Assembly (NCBI GenBank): GCA_964411615.1
Contig: CAYPLO010000015.1
Span: 1-28,345, forward strand
Length of the DNA stretch: 28,345 nucleotides
DNA from: an uncultured Aquificales bacterium
Lineage (GTDB): Bacteria; Thermosulfidibacterota; Thermosulfidibacteria; Thermosulfidibacterales; Thermosulfidibacteraceae
Reading direction: 5' to 3'
The notes beneath the pieces are model-generated. The model did not search any database, was not told the DNA's origin, and saw only the letters and a list, made by a program, of their open reading frames with translations. This document shows, piece by piece, positions 19,955 through 28,345 of the stretch. Numbering within the stretch: the first letter of the stretch is position 1; each line of letters opens with the position of its first letter. The position numbers and the translations under genes were made by a program.

Positions 19955-20672
19955 GGGCCACCTCTAAGGCCTCTTTCAGAGTGAACCTTCCCTCGTAAAG
20001 GGCCTTTCCCACTATAACACCCACAACCCCAAGGGGTTCAAGCTCCTTAACCGCCCTTATGTCATCGAGGGAGGCCACACCACCGGAGGCGATAACGGGA
20101 ACATCCACGCTCTCCGCCAGCCTTTTGGTGAGCTCCCTCTCAACTCCCTCAAGGGTCCCGTCCCTGGTCACTTCAGTAAATATGATGGCGTCAACGGGTA
20201 GGGAGGCCACCTTTCTGGCGAGCTCCACAACATCCACATCCTCCTCCCTCTCCCATCCCCGAACCACAACCCTTCCCTTTGCCCCATCTACGCCGGCTAT
20301 GACCCTTCCAGGATGAGCCTCACACACCTCGCAGAAGCCCTCATAGTCCTCAACTATCATCGTGCCAATTATAACCCAGGAGGCACCTGCATCCAGCAGT
20401 GTGCGGACCGTTCCCCTGTCCCTGACACCACCCCCAACCTCAATGGGAACGGAAAGTCTGGAGGCCATCCTCTCTATAACCCTCAGGTTGGCAGGCACCC
20501 CCTCAAAGGCCCCGTCCAGGTCCACCACGTGTATCCTCTCGGCCCCCTGGTCCTCCCACATGAGGGCCACATCCACAGGGTCCTCGTAGTAGACCTTGGC
20601 GGAATCCCTCAGCCCTTTGTAGAGGCGCACACACTTGCCGTCCTTTATATCAACAGCGGGAATCACTATCAC
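19944..20672 (-). CDS. hisA: ProFAR isomerase HisA
   Basis: [46 protein letters not shown]. Confidence 0.96.
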   Translation of the reverse strand: MIVIPAVDIKDGKCVRLYKGLRDSAKVYYEDPVDVALMWEDQGAERIHVVDLDGAFEGVPANLRVIERMASRLSVPIEVGGGVRDRGTVRTLLDAGASWVIIGTMIVEDYEGFCEVCEAHPGRVIAGVDGAKGRVVVRGWEREEDVDVVELARKVASLPVDAIIFTEVTRDGTLEGVERELTKRLAESVDVPVIASGGVASLDDIRAVKELEPLGVVGVIVGKALYEGRFTLKEALEVAHAG

Positions 20673-20675
20673 GGC

Positions 20676-21176
20676 TCATCTCTCCTTCACACCGAGCTTC
20701 GCGTACAGCCTCTCGGCTATGAAGGGAGGCACAAGGCAGGAGACGTTACCGCCGTAGGAGGCTATCTCCTTAACGATACGGGAGCTTATGTAGGTGTACT
20801 GCTCGCTGGGCATCATGAATAGGGTCTCAATATTGGGGTAGAGCTTCCTGTTCATAAGGGCCATCTGGAACTCGTACTCAAAGTCGGAGATGGCCCTGAG
20901 CCCCCTCACTATTACAGAGGCGCCTTTGGTTCTGGCGTACTCAATGAGGAGGGTGTCAAAGGAGTCCACCTCCACATTGGACAGCCCCCTCTCCCTCACG
21001 CACTCCTCTATCATCTCCTTCCTCTCCTCCACGGAGAAGAGGGGGCCCTTCCTCCTGTTCACAGCCACCGCTATAATCACCTTATCAAATATGCGTGCCG
21101 CCCTCTCAAGGATATCCAGGTGCCCGTAGGTGATAGGGTCAAAGGTTCCGGGATAAACGGCAACTTTACAGCCCAT
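20676..21176 (-). CDS. coaD: Phosphopantetheine adenylyltransferase
   Basis: [34 protein letters not shown]. Confidence 0.98.
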   Translation of the reverse strand: MGCKVAVYPGTFDPITYGHLDILERAARIFDKVIIAVAVNRRKGPLFSVEERKEMIEECVRERGLSNVEVDSFDTLLIEYARTKGASVIVRGLRAISDFEYEFQMALMNRKLYPNIETLFMMPSEQYTYISSRIVKEIASYGGNVSCLVPPFIAERLYAKLGVKER

Positions 21177-21178
21177 TC

Positions 21179-21718
21179 CTACCCCCGCTCAAAGAAGGTG
21201 AGTTGATTCTCCCCAACTCTCTTCTCTTTTACACGGAAGCCGGAGGGTAAATCAAACCCGCTCTTGTGGTGGTGCTGCAGAACCATCACCCCATCTTTTG
21301 CGAGCAGATGAGCGTAAAGGACGGGAAGTCTCTCAAGCCCCCTTATTCCGTAGGGAGGACCCAAGAAGATTATACGGTAGGGGGCAAGCTCCTCCACAAT
21401 ACCCGGAGGTCTGAAGGCGTCCCCTTTAACCACGAGGGCCCTCTCTGTGTAGCCCAGAAGGGAGAGATTCTCCCTTATCAGCCTGACCATCCTGGCATCC
21501 TTCTCAACGTACACGACCCTCCCAGCCCCCCTGCTCAGGGCCTCTATACCCACCGTCCCTGCCCCCCCGAAGACATCAAGGAAGTTAGCTCCCACCACCC
21601 TATCCCCAAGGGTGTCAAAGAGGACCTTCCTTATGCTGGCAAGAATGGGCCTGACCTTACGGCCGGGAGGACTCTTTATCCTCCTGCCCTTAGCCTCACC
21701 CCCCGTTATCCTTATCAT
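21179..21718 (-). CDS. rsmD: RsmD-family methyltransferase (16S rRNA m2G966), divergent motifs
   Basis: [30 protein letters not shown]; conserved rsmD-coaD adjacency; has GPPY where DPPY/F is usual. Confidence 0.82.
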   Translation of the reverse strand: MIRITGGEAKGRRIKSPPGRKVRPILASIRKVLFDTLGDRVVGANFLDVFGGAGTVGIEALSRGAGRVVYVEKDARMVRLIRENLSLLGYTERALVVKGDAFRPPGIVEELAPYRIIFLGPPYGIRGLERLPVLYAHLLAKDGVMVLQHHHKSGFDLPSGFRVKEKRVGENQLTFFERG

Positions 21719-22601
21719 TCAGCCACTCCTCAACTCTTCTAACCACAGCTTCTCTGTCCTCCGCATTAAAGAAGAGGAAGCCTCTGGAAGCAAACCACCT
21801 CCTCTGCCTCTTCGAATACCTCCAGGTATTGGTCTTTATAAGGGCAACCGCCTCTTCAAGGGATAGCCTCCCCTCAAGATGCATCACGAGTTCCCTGTAG
21901 CCAAGGGTCTCCCTAAGAACCCTGTTGTCCCTTCCGTAGAGAGAGACGAGCCGCCTCACCTCCTCAAGCCACCCCATCTCCATCATCCTGTCCACCCTGC
22001 GGTATATCCGCTCCTTAAGCTCGCTTCTCTCCCTGTCCAGCGCTATCCTGAGAACATCCCACCTCTCTTCACCGGACCAGACGAAGGAGGAGGCGGGCCT
22101 TCCAGTAAGGAGGCATATCTCAAGGGCCCTCACCACCCTCTTCACGTCGTTGGGGTGAAGCTGAGAGGCCCTCTTGGGGTCAAGCTCCCCAAGCATCCTG
22201 TAAAGCTCGTGCTTGTCCTTTGAAAGAAGCTTTCTCCTCAGCTCAGGGTCCGAAGGGGCATCGGGGGGAACCCCACAAAGCACACCCTCTATGTAAAAAC
22301 CACTCCCCCCCACAAGAACGGGTAGCCTTCCCCGGGAGAGCACGTCCTCTATAACCCTCACAGCCTCCACCTCGTACCTCTTCACATCCCAGGGGTCGTC
22401 GCAGGTGGCAACGTCAAAGAGATGATGGGGAACAACTCTTCGCATCTCAGGGGGAGGCTTGGCGGTTCCTATGTCCATACCCCTGTAAATCTGGACTGAG
22501 TCGGCGTTAATCACCTCCCCATCAAACAGGCGGGCAACATCAACGGCGAGCTCGGACTTGCCCGTGGCTGTGGGGCCGCCTATGACGAGAACCTTCCTCA
22601 T
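21696..22601 (-). CDS. miaA: tRNA dimethylallyltransferase
   Basis: [55 protein letters not shown]. Confidence 0.97.
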   Translation of the reverse strand: MRKVLVIGGPTATGKSELAVDVARLFDGEVINADSVQIYRGMDIGTAKPPPEMRRVVPHHLFDVATCDDPWDVKRYEVEAVRVIEDVLSRGRLPVLVGGSGFYIEGVLCGVPPDAPSDPELRRKLLSKDKHELYRMLGELDPKRASQLHPNDVKRVVRALEICLLTGRPASSFVWSGEERWDVLRIALDRERSELKERIYRRVDRMMEMGWLEEVRRLVSLYGRDNRVLRETLGYRELVMHLEGRLSLEEAVALIKTNTWRYSKRQRRWFASRGFLFFNAEDREAVVRRVEEWLNDKDNGG

Positions 22602-23485
22602 GGGAGGAGGGAGGCAAGGGCAGGTTCAATCTGGTGGTAGAGGAAGCTGTAGCCTGCACCGAGGAGCCTCTCGGGAACCACCCTGAGACTGCCGGTGAAG
22701 ACCCCTGCCCCCTCACCGAAGAGCAGCCTCAGCAGTCCGGAGGGAACGGGCAGAATGGCGGGCCTTTTAAGAGCCCTTCCAAGTGCCTTGGCGAACTCCC
22801 TCTGCCGCACTATGCCCGGAGAGACCAAGTTGAAGGCACCGGAAAGTCCCCTCTCCAGAAGGAATAACAGCGCACCAACAGCGTCATCTATATGAACCCA
22901 CGGGAACCACTGGTTCCCGGAACCTAAAGGCCCTCCAAGGCCGAGCCTGAAGATGGGAAGCATTCTTGCAAGGGCGCCTCCCCTGCCCAGCACAATACCG
23001 AACCTTAAAAGAAGCACCCTAACTCCCCTGCTCTGGGCCTTGAGGGCCTCTTCCTCCCAGGCCACGCAGAGCCTGGCCAGAAAGTCACCACCAGGAGGGC
23101 TATCTTCCGTAAGCTCCTCCTCTCCCCTGTCCATACCGTAGTAGCCCACAGCAGAAGCGTTGACCAGAACGGCCCCTTTCCCCATACACTCAACAACCCT
23201 CCTCGTGGTAAGGACCCTGCTGTCCCATATCCTGTCCTTCTTGGATGTGCTCCACCTGCCGAAGATGCTTTCTCCTGCCAGGTTCACAACAACCTGAGAC
23301 TCGGCGCAGAGCCTCTGCCACTCACCGGGCTTCATAGGGTCCCCGTAAACGAGGCCAGCCCCACTAAGGGAAGGGACCTTGGCGGGATTCCTCACCAGGA
23401 GGTAAACCCTGTAGCCCCTGTCGAGAAGGGCCCTGGCCATATAAGGCCCGATAAAGCCTGTGGCACCAACGAGAAACGCCCTCAT
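22598..23485 (-). CDS. TIGR01777/YfcH-like NAD-dependent epimerase family protein
   Basis: GATGFIG, VNLAGESI, SAVGYYG, LCVAWE, GSGNQWFPWVHIDD, FNLVSP. Confidence 0.9.
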   Translation of the reverse strand: MRAFLVGATGFIGPYMARALLDRGYRVYLLVRNPAKVPSLSGAGLVYGDPMKPGEWQRLCAESQVVVNLAGESIFGRWSTSKKDRIWDSRVLTTRRVVECMGKGAVLVNASAVGYYGMDRGEEELTEDSPPGGDFLARLCVAWEEEALKAQSRGVRVLLLRFGIVLGRGGALARMLPIFRLGLGGPLGSGNQWFPWVHIDDAVGALLFLLERGLSGAFNLVSPGIVRQREFAKALGRALKRPAILPVPSGLLRLLFGEGAGVFTGSLRVVPERLLGAGYSFLYHQIEPALASLLP

Positions 23486-23487
23486 GC

Positions 23488-24228
23488 CTACAGGGTGAGC
23501 CCACCGTCAACGCTCAGCACAGCCCCATTAACGAAGGAGGCCTCATCGGAGGCCAGAAACAGATAGGCATGGGCTATCTCCTCGGGCCTTCCCATCCTCC
23601 TCAACGGGGTTCTCTTCACCACCTCATCCTTAACCTGCTGGGGCAGTCCCCTGGTCATATCCGTATCCACAAAGCCCGGGGCCACGGCGTTGACCCTCAC
23701 CCCTTTGGGACCAAGCTCCTTAGCCCACACCTTGGTCATACCTATTACTGCGCATTTTGAGGCCACATAGCTGGTCTGCCCGAAGTTGCCGTAAAGGGCC
23801 ACAACGGAGCTCGCATTGACTATGGCCCCTCTTCCCCTTTCAACCATGTGGGGAGCCACAGCTTTGGTGCAGTTGAAGACTCCCGTCACATTCACCTCAA
23901 TAACCTTATGGAACTCCTCAGGGGTGAGCTTCAGCAGGGTTCTGTCAATAACTATCCCGGCATTGTTGATAAGCACATCTATACGGCCAAACCTTTTAAC
24001 AGTCTCCTCCGCCATAGAGAGGCAGGCTTCAAAATCCCTCACATCCACCTTCAGGAAGAGGGCTTCCCCACTTCTCGCCCTTATCTCCTCAACCACCTCT
24101 CTGCCAGAGGTCTCATCCACATCGGCCACCACAACCCGGGCCCCGTTATCCGCAAAGAGAAGAGATGTTGCCCTGCCTATGCCCCTGGCCCCTCCGGTGA
24201 CGATGGCCACCTTACCCTCAAGCCTCAA
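23488..24228 (-). CDS. FabG-like 3-oxoacyl-(ACP/CoA) reductase, classical SDR
   Basis: TGGARGIG, NNAG, SS..GNFGQTSYVASK, NAVAPGF. Start moved to TTG 24228 (GGAGG 7 nt upstream) instead of 24261. Confidence 0.88.
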   Translation of the reverse strand: MRLEGKVAIVTGGARGIGRATSLLFADNGARVVVADVDETSGREVVEEIRARSGEALFLKVDVRDFEACLSMAEETVKRFGRIDVLINNAGIVIDRTLLKLTPEEFHKVIEVNVTGVFNCTKAVAPHMVERGRGAIVNASSVVALYGNFGQTSYVASKCAVIGMTKVWAKELGPKGVRVNAVAPGFVDTDMTRGLPQQVKDEVVKRTPLRRMGRPEEIAHAYLFLASDEASFVNGAVLSVDGGLTL

Positions 24229-24961
24229 TGAGGAACCTCCCCTCCTCAATGCATCTTTCAAAGAACCTGTTGGTCACCTCTATGTACTTATCCTTTGGTA
24301 TGAGAGGGGCGGAGACTGCTTTCTGCAACTCTTCAGGTATCTCTCCCCTCTCAACGAAGGCCCTGCCAGCCTCTTTGGCAGCACCCAAAACACCATCAAC
24401 GGGCATACCCCTTTTCATCATGGCCCTAAGGGCAGGGCCGTGGGGCCTCAGAAGTGCACCTGCAAACCTCCTGTCTATGTTGCCACACACAGCCTTCACG
24501 TGCTCCACCAAGGGATTGAAGTTCTCAAGCTCCCAGTATCCGCAGTTGGAGACCAGCGCCAGCACACCATCCCTCTTAACCCCTTCCCTTATGGGATGCC
24601 TGCATCTTCCGTCTCTCTCCTCAAAGAAGGGCTCTGCCAGCGGAAGGGTCCTGTCCAGAACGTTCTTCAGGGTTGACGCCATACCGTCAACGTAAAGGGG
24701 AGTTGCAAGCACAAGGGCATCCGCAACCTTCATCAGCTCAAGGACCCTCCCCATATCGTCTTTAAAGACACACTCCCCCGGATGCTTCACCCAGCAGCTG
24801 AAACAGCCAACACAGGGCCTTATCTTCAGGTCAACGGTGTGCACAACCTCAACCTCGGCCCCCGCCTCCTTTATCCCCTCAATGAAGGGACCGAGTATCA
24901 GCCAGGTGTTTCCCCTGTCCCTCCAGGGACTGCCATTGAGAACCAGAGCCTTCAACTTCAC
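24218..24961 (-). CDS. Iron-sulfur flavoprotein (Isf)-like flavodoxin-fold protein
   Basis: NGSPW..GNT FMN loop, CX2CX2CX7C (CVGCFSCWVKHPGEC), ATPLY..LKNVLDR. Confidence 0.87.
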   Translation of the reverse strand: MKLKALVLNGSPWRDRGNTWLILGPFIEGIKEAGAEVEVVHTVDLKIRPCVGCFSCWVKHPGECVFKDDMGRVLELMKVADALVLATPLYVDGMASTLKNVLDRTLPLAEPFFEERDGRCRHPIREGVKRDGVLALVSNCGYWELENFNPLVEHVKAVCGNIDRRFAGALLRPHGPALRAMMKRGMPVDGVLGAAKEAGRAFVERGEIPEELQKAVSAPLIPKDKYIEVTNRFFERCIEEGRFLIEA

Positions 24962-26235
24962 CCCCTTATCATCTTTATGGCACAGTACTCACCGCACATG
25001 GTGCACACATCCTCCTCCTTTTTAGGAGGACGGGACCCCCTCATGGCCCGGGCCTTCACAGGGTCAAGGGCCAGCTCCATCTGCCTCTCCCAGTCAAGGT
25101 TCCAGCGGGCCTTTGACATCTCAAGGTCCCACTGGGCGGCACCCTTCACCCCCTTGGCTATATCCGCCGCATGGGCGGCTATGCGGGCGGCGATAACCCC
25201 CTCCCTAACATCCTCAACGGTGGGAAGCCTCAGGTGCTCAGAGGGGGTCACATAGCACAGGAAATCTGCCCCGTTGGCGGCGGCTATGGCACCGCCTATG
25301 GCGGAGACCAGATGGTCGTAGCCGGGGGCCACATCGGTGACAACGGGGCCCAAAACGTAAAAAGGAGCCCCGTGGCATATGCGCTTCTGAAGCACCATGT
25401 TTGCAGCTATCTGGTGCAGGGGGACATGGCCCGGCCCCTCAACCATCACCTGCACCCCCTTCTCCCACGCCCGCTGGACCAGCTCACCTATGGTGATGAG
25501 CTCCTCTATCTGGGCCCTGTCGGTGGCATCGGCTATACAACCCGGCCTGAGACCATCCCCCAAAGAGAGCACCATATCGTACTCCTTAGCTATATCCAAA
25601 AGCTCGTCGTAGTACTCGTATAAAGGGTTCTGCTTTCTGTTAGCCTTCATCCAGGCGGTTATTATGGCGCCTCCCCTGCTCACAACCCCTAAAACCCTTC
25701 CCTCCCTCTCCATCCTCTCTATGGCCTGGATGGTAACGCCACAGTGGACGGTTACGAAGTCCACCCCGTCCTCTGCGTGCTTCCTTATCACATCAAAGAG
25801 GTGCTCCTTCTCCATGCTGATAACGGGCCTTCCGCTGGTCCTGCACTCTATGGCCGCCTGGTATATGGGGACCGTACCCACCATGACGGGGCACTCCTCC
25901 AGCACCCTCCTCCTCATGTAGTCAAGGTCCCCTCCGGTGGAGAGGTCCATCACCGCATCGGCACCTGCCTCAACGGCGGCCTTAAGCTTCTCAAGCTCCT
26001 CCTGGTAGTTCACGTAGTCAGAGGAGGTGCCTATGTTGGCGTTCACCTTGGTCCTGAGCCCCTCACCTATACCCTCTATCCGCTGTATGTTCTTCCTGTT
26101 CCTGTTGCGGGGTATAATGACCGTTCCCTTAGCCACCCTCTCCCTCACCTCCTCGGGAGAGAGCCCTTCCCTTTTTGCAACCTCCTCCATCTCGGGAGTG
26201 ATTATCCCCTTCCTCGCCGCCTCAAGCTGCGTCAT
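24958..26235 (-). CDS. thiC: Phosphomethylpyrimidine synthase ThiC (short form)
   Basis: KVNANIGTS, MDLSTGG, GTVPIY, SRGG, SLGDGLRPG, EGPGH, C-terminal CTMCGEYC; neighbours thi4 and a thiE-like gene. Confidence 0.93.
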   Translation of the reverse strand: MTQLEAARKGIITPEMEEVAKREGLSPEEVRERVAKGTVIIPRNRNRKNIQRIEGIGEGLRTKVNANIGTSSDYVNYQEELEKLKAAVEAGADAVMDLSTGGDLDYMRRRVLEECPVMVGTVPIYQAAIECRTSGRPVISMEKEHLFDVIRKHAEDGVDFVTVHCGVTIQAIERMEREGRVLGVVSRGGAIITAWMKANRKQNPLYEYYDELLDIAKEYDMVLSLGDGLRPGCIADATDRAQIEELITIGELVQRAWEKGVQVMVEGPGHVPLHQIAANMVLQKRICHGAPFYVLGPVVTDVAPGYDHLVSAIGGAIAAANGADFLCYVTPSEHLRLPTVEDVREGVIAARIAAHAADIAKGVKGAAQWDLEMSKARWNLDWERQMELALDPVKARAMRGSRPPKKEEDVCTMCGEYCAIKMIRG

Positions 26236-26849
26236 CTCAAACCTCCCAGTTTATCAACAAAGGCCCTGGCCACAGCCCCCGCATCAGGGGCCCTGAAGAA
26301 GACCGACATGGCCACAACTCCCGGCACCCCAACCTCAACCAGCTCCTCAACCCTGTCAGGCTCCACACCCCCCAAGGGATAGACGGGCTTATCACACACC
26401 CTCATAGCCTCCTTCAACCCCTCCACCCCTATGGGCCTGGCCATGGGCTTGCTCTTGGTGTGAAACACCGGTGATATAAATATATAATCCACAAAGGAAC
26501 AGACACCCCCCGCCTCTTCGGCCGAATGGGCAGAGTAGCCCACAAGGCCGTCCCATATCCTGCGAACATCCTGTGGCGGTATAGAGTCGGCCCCGAGATG
26601 GACCCCATCCGCCCCGATGACCTGGGCAACGTCCACCCTGTCTTTAACTATGAGCTTGGCCCCATACCGGGAGGTGAGCATCCTGAACTGCCTCCCCACG
26701 TAGACCAGGGTCTTGGGGTTCAGCTCGGGCTCCCTCAGCAGCACACAGTCAACCCCTCCCTCAAGGGCCCTCTTCACCACCTCCACCATGGGGGTGCTTT
26801 TAACCAGATGCCTGTTGGTAATAAGGCACACCCTGAAGGGAACATTCAT
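26232..26849 (-). CDS. Thiamine-phosphate synthase/TenI family protein (degenerate ThiE active site)
   Basis: ThiE/TenI TIM-barrel motifs ADGVHLG, GYSAHS, SPVFHTKSK, LGG; several canonical ThiE residues are substituted (see findings). Confidence 0.85.
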   Translation of the reverse strand: MNVPFRVCLITNRHLVKSTPMVEVVKRALEGGVDCVLLREPELNPKTLVYVGRQFRMLTSRYGAKLIVKDRVDVAQVIGADGVHLGADSIPPQDVRRIWDGLVGYSAHSAEEAGGVCSFVDYIFISPVFHTKSKPMARPIGVEGLKEAMRVCDKPVYPLGGVEPDRVEELVEVGVPGVVAMSVFFRAPDAGAVARAFVDKLGGLR

Positions 26850-27631
26850 CGCCCCAGTCTCTCCAGAAGCATGTTAGCGGCCTTCCTCCCGGAAAGGAGC
26901 ATCCCTCCGAATATGGGCCCCATCCTGTGCTTGCCGTAGCAGGCCACGGCAGCCATACCTATGACGAAGAGGCCGGGATACACCTCGCCCGTAAACTCCT
27001 CCGTGGCCTTCTCACCAAACTCCGCCCACATGGGCCTCTCTCCGGGCACATCCCCGGTGGGGGTATTCAGCCTCTTCTTCAGCTTCTTCACCACAACGTT
27101 GGCTATCTCAGCGTCGTGGCCCGTGCCGTCAACCACGTATCTCGCCTCCACCGTCACAGGGTCCACGTGTAGTCCTGCCATCTCCACAGGGGTCCAAAGA
27201 AGCACAAGACCCGAAACCCTCTCATCATCCCCTTTAACCTTCACATCTATGGCGCTCCAGAGGTTGAAGACCCTGGCACCTGCCCTTATGGCCTTTAGAC
27301 CCAGGGCACAGGCGAACTCAACGGCGTTTATCAGGTAGTACCCCTTCTCCCGGTAGGGCCTGTAGGAGACCTCCATCTCCTCCACGATGGGAAGGGCCTC
27401 CTCCTGAACAACAACCTCGTTGAACATGGCCCCACCGCCCCAGATGCCACCACCGATTGAGAGCTTCCTCTCAAAGACCCCAACCTTCACACCCTCTCTG
27501 GCCAGGTAATAGGCACAGGTAAGCCCCGCAGGACCCGCACCAACTATGGCCACATCCATATCAACGAACTCAAGAAGCTTCTCGGTGTAGCTCTCAACGA
27601 TGGCCTTAGTAATCACCTTCTCATCAAGCAT
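26846..27631 (-). CDS. thi4: Sulfide-dependent adenosine diphosphate thiazole synthase (non-Cys Thi4)
   Basis: GAGPAGL, GGGIWGGG, GLHVDP (His at the position of the eukaryotic sacrificial Cys), DGTGHDA, RMGPIFGGMLLSG. Confidence 0.94.
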   Translation of the reverse strand: MLDEKVITKAIVESYTEKLLEFVDMDVAIVGAGPAGLTCAYYLAREGVKVGVFERKLSIGGGIWGGGAMFNEVVVQEEALPIVEEMEVSYRPYREKGYYLINAVEFACALGLKAIRAGARVFNLWSAIDVKVKGDDERVSGLVLLWTPVEMAGLHVDPVTVEARYVVDGTGHDAEIANVVVKKLKKRLNTPTGDVPGERPMWAEFGEKATEEFTGEVYPGLFVIGMAAVACYGKHRMGPIFGGMLLSGRKAANMLLERLGR

Positions 27632-27633
27632 AG

Positions 27634-28323
27634 CTACCCCCTCTCACCAAATATGGCTGTCCCTATACGGACCATTGTGGCCCCCTCCTCAATGGCCACC
27701 TCAAAATCGTTGCTCATACCCATGGAGAGATGCACAAACCCGTCAAGCTGAAACTGCTCCCGCAACCGGTCCCTCATCTGCCGAAGCTCACGGAACACCC
27801 ACCTCACATCCTCAGGGTCCTCCACGTAGGGGGCCACCGTCATCAGCCCCACAGGCTCAAGGTGCCGCCCCTTCTCAAGGATATACCTCAAAAGTCCCTC
27901 CACCCCATCCGGAGCAACACCGTGCTTGCTCTCCTCCCCTGCCACATTCACCTCTATGAGAACGGGAAGCCTTCTGTCCTCTTTGGCGAGTCTCTTCTCC
28001 AGCTCGTCAACCAGGGGCTCCCTGTCCACAGAGTGTATCCAGTCAAAGATTCTAACGGCGTACTTCACCTTATTCCTCTGGAGATACCCTATCAGATGCC
28101 AGGTTATGGGCAGCTCTTTTAGCTCCTCGTATTTGGCCCTAGCCTCCTGAACCCTGTTCTCCCCGATGTGCCTCACCCCTGCCTCAAAGGCCTCCCTAAT
28201 GAGCTCAGGGGGATGGGTCTTGCTCACCGCAACAAGGGTAACCCCAGAGGGGTCCCTACCCGACCTCTCACAGGCAGCCTCTATCCTCTCCATCACCCTC
28301 TTAAGATTCTGAGCAATCCCCAT
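27634..28323 (-). CDS. yggS: YggS family pyridoxal phosphate homeostasis protein
   Basis: LVAVSK, GENRVQE, WHLIGYLQRNK, GLMT, LSMGMSNDFEVAIEEGATMVRIGTAIFG. Confidence 0.97.
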   Translation of the reverse strand: MGIAQNLKRVMERIEAACERSGRDPSGVTLVAVSKTHPPELIREAFEAGVRHIGENRVQEARAKYEELKELPITWHLIGYLQRNKVKYAVRIFDWIHSVDREPLVDELEKRLAKEDRRLPVLIEVNVAGEESKHGVAPDGVEGLLRYILEKGRHLEPVGLMTVAPYVEDPEDVRWVFRELRQMRDRLREQFQLDGFVHLSMGMSNDFEVAIEEGATMVRIGTAIFGERG

Positions 28324-28345
28324 AAAAAGCCCCTTATTGACCTTT

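Noticed and set aside
23816..24676. 286-aa + strand ORF opposite the SDR and Isf genes
   Set aside because: Ser/Thr/Pro-rich antisense-frame translation fully overlapping two confident genes.
24958..26235. ThiC homologue as BzaA/B/F (cobamide lower-ligand synthesis)
   Set aside because: Context is thi4 and thiE-like with no cobalamin genes, so ThiC is the simpler call; an HMM comparison would settle it.

Overview
Gene-dense (~55-58% GC by eye) bacterial chromosomal window with no RNA genes, CRISPR arrays or mobile elements detectable. AGG/AGA-Arg and ATA-Ile codon use, lnt and a His-type Thi4 suggest a diderm thermophile from a sulfidic, low-oxygen habitat (inference). Left to right: (1) a + strand arsenic/metalloid cassette (partial ArsR, DUF318/ArsP-like permease, small CxxC thioredoxin-like protein, thioredoxin-type ArsC) followed by enolase and a terminator; (2) a complete - strand complex I operon nuoA-B-CD-E-F-G-H-I-J-K-L-M-N with fused NuoCD; (3) one + strand stand-alone GNAT gene, divergent from nuoA and overlapping the 3' end of lnt; (4) a tightly coupled 13-gene - strand run: yggS, thi4, thiE/tenI-like, thiC, Isf-like flavoprotein, FabG-like SDR, TIGR01777 protein, miaA, rsmD, coaD, hisA, hisF, lnt. 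The window is mostly housekeeping, and I see no clearly new system. The best leads are the thiamine cluster (His-type Thi4, a ThiE-fold protein missing pyrophosphate/Mg residues, an Isf coupled to ThiC, no adjacent riboswitch) and the nuoA/GNAT divergent promoter region, where the GNAT gene sits in a possible noncontiguous-operon arrangement.
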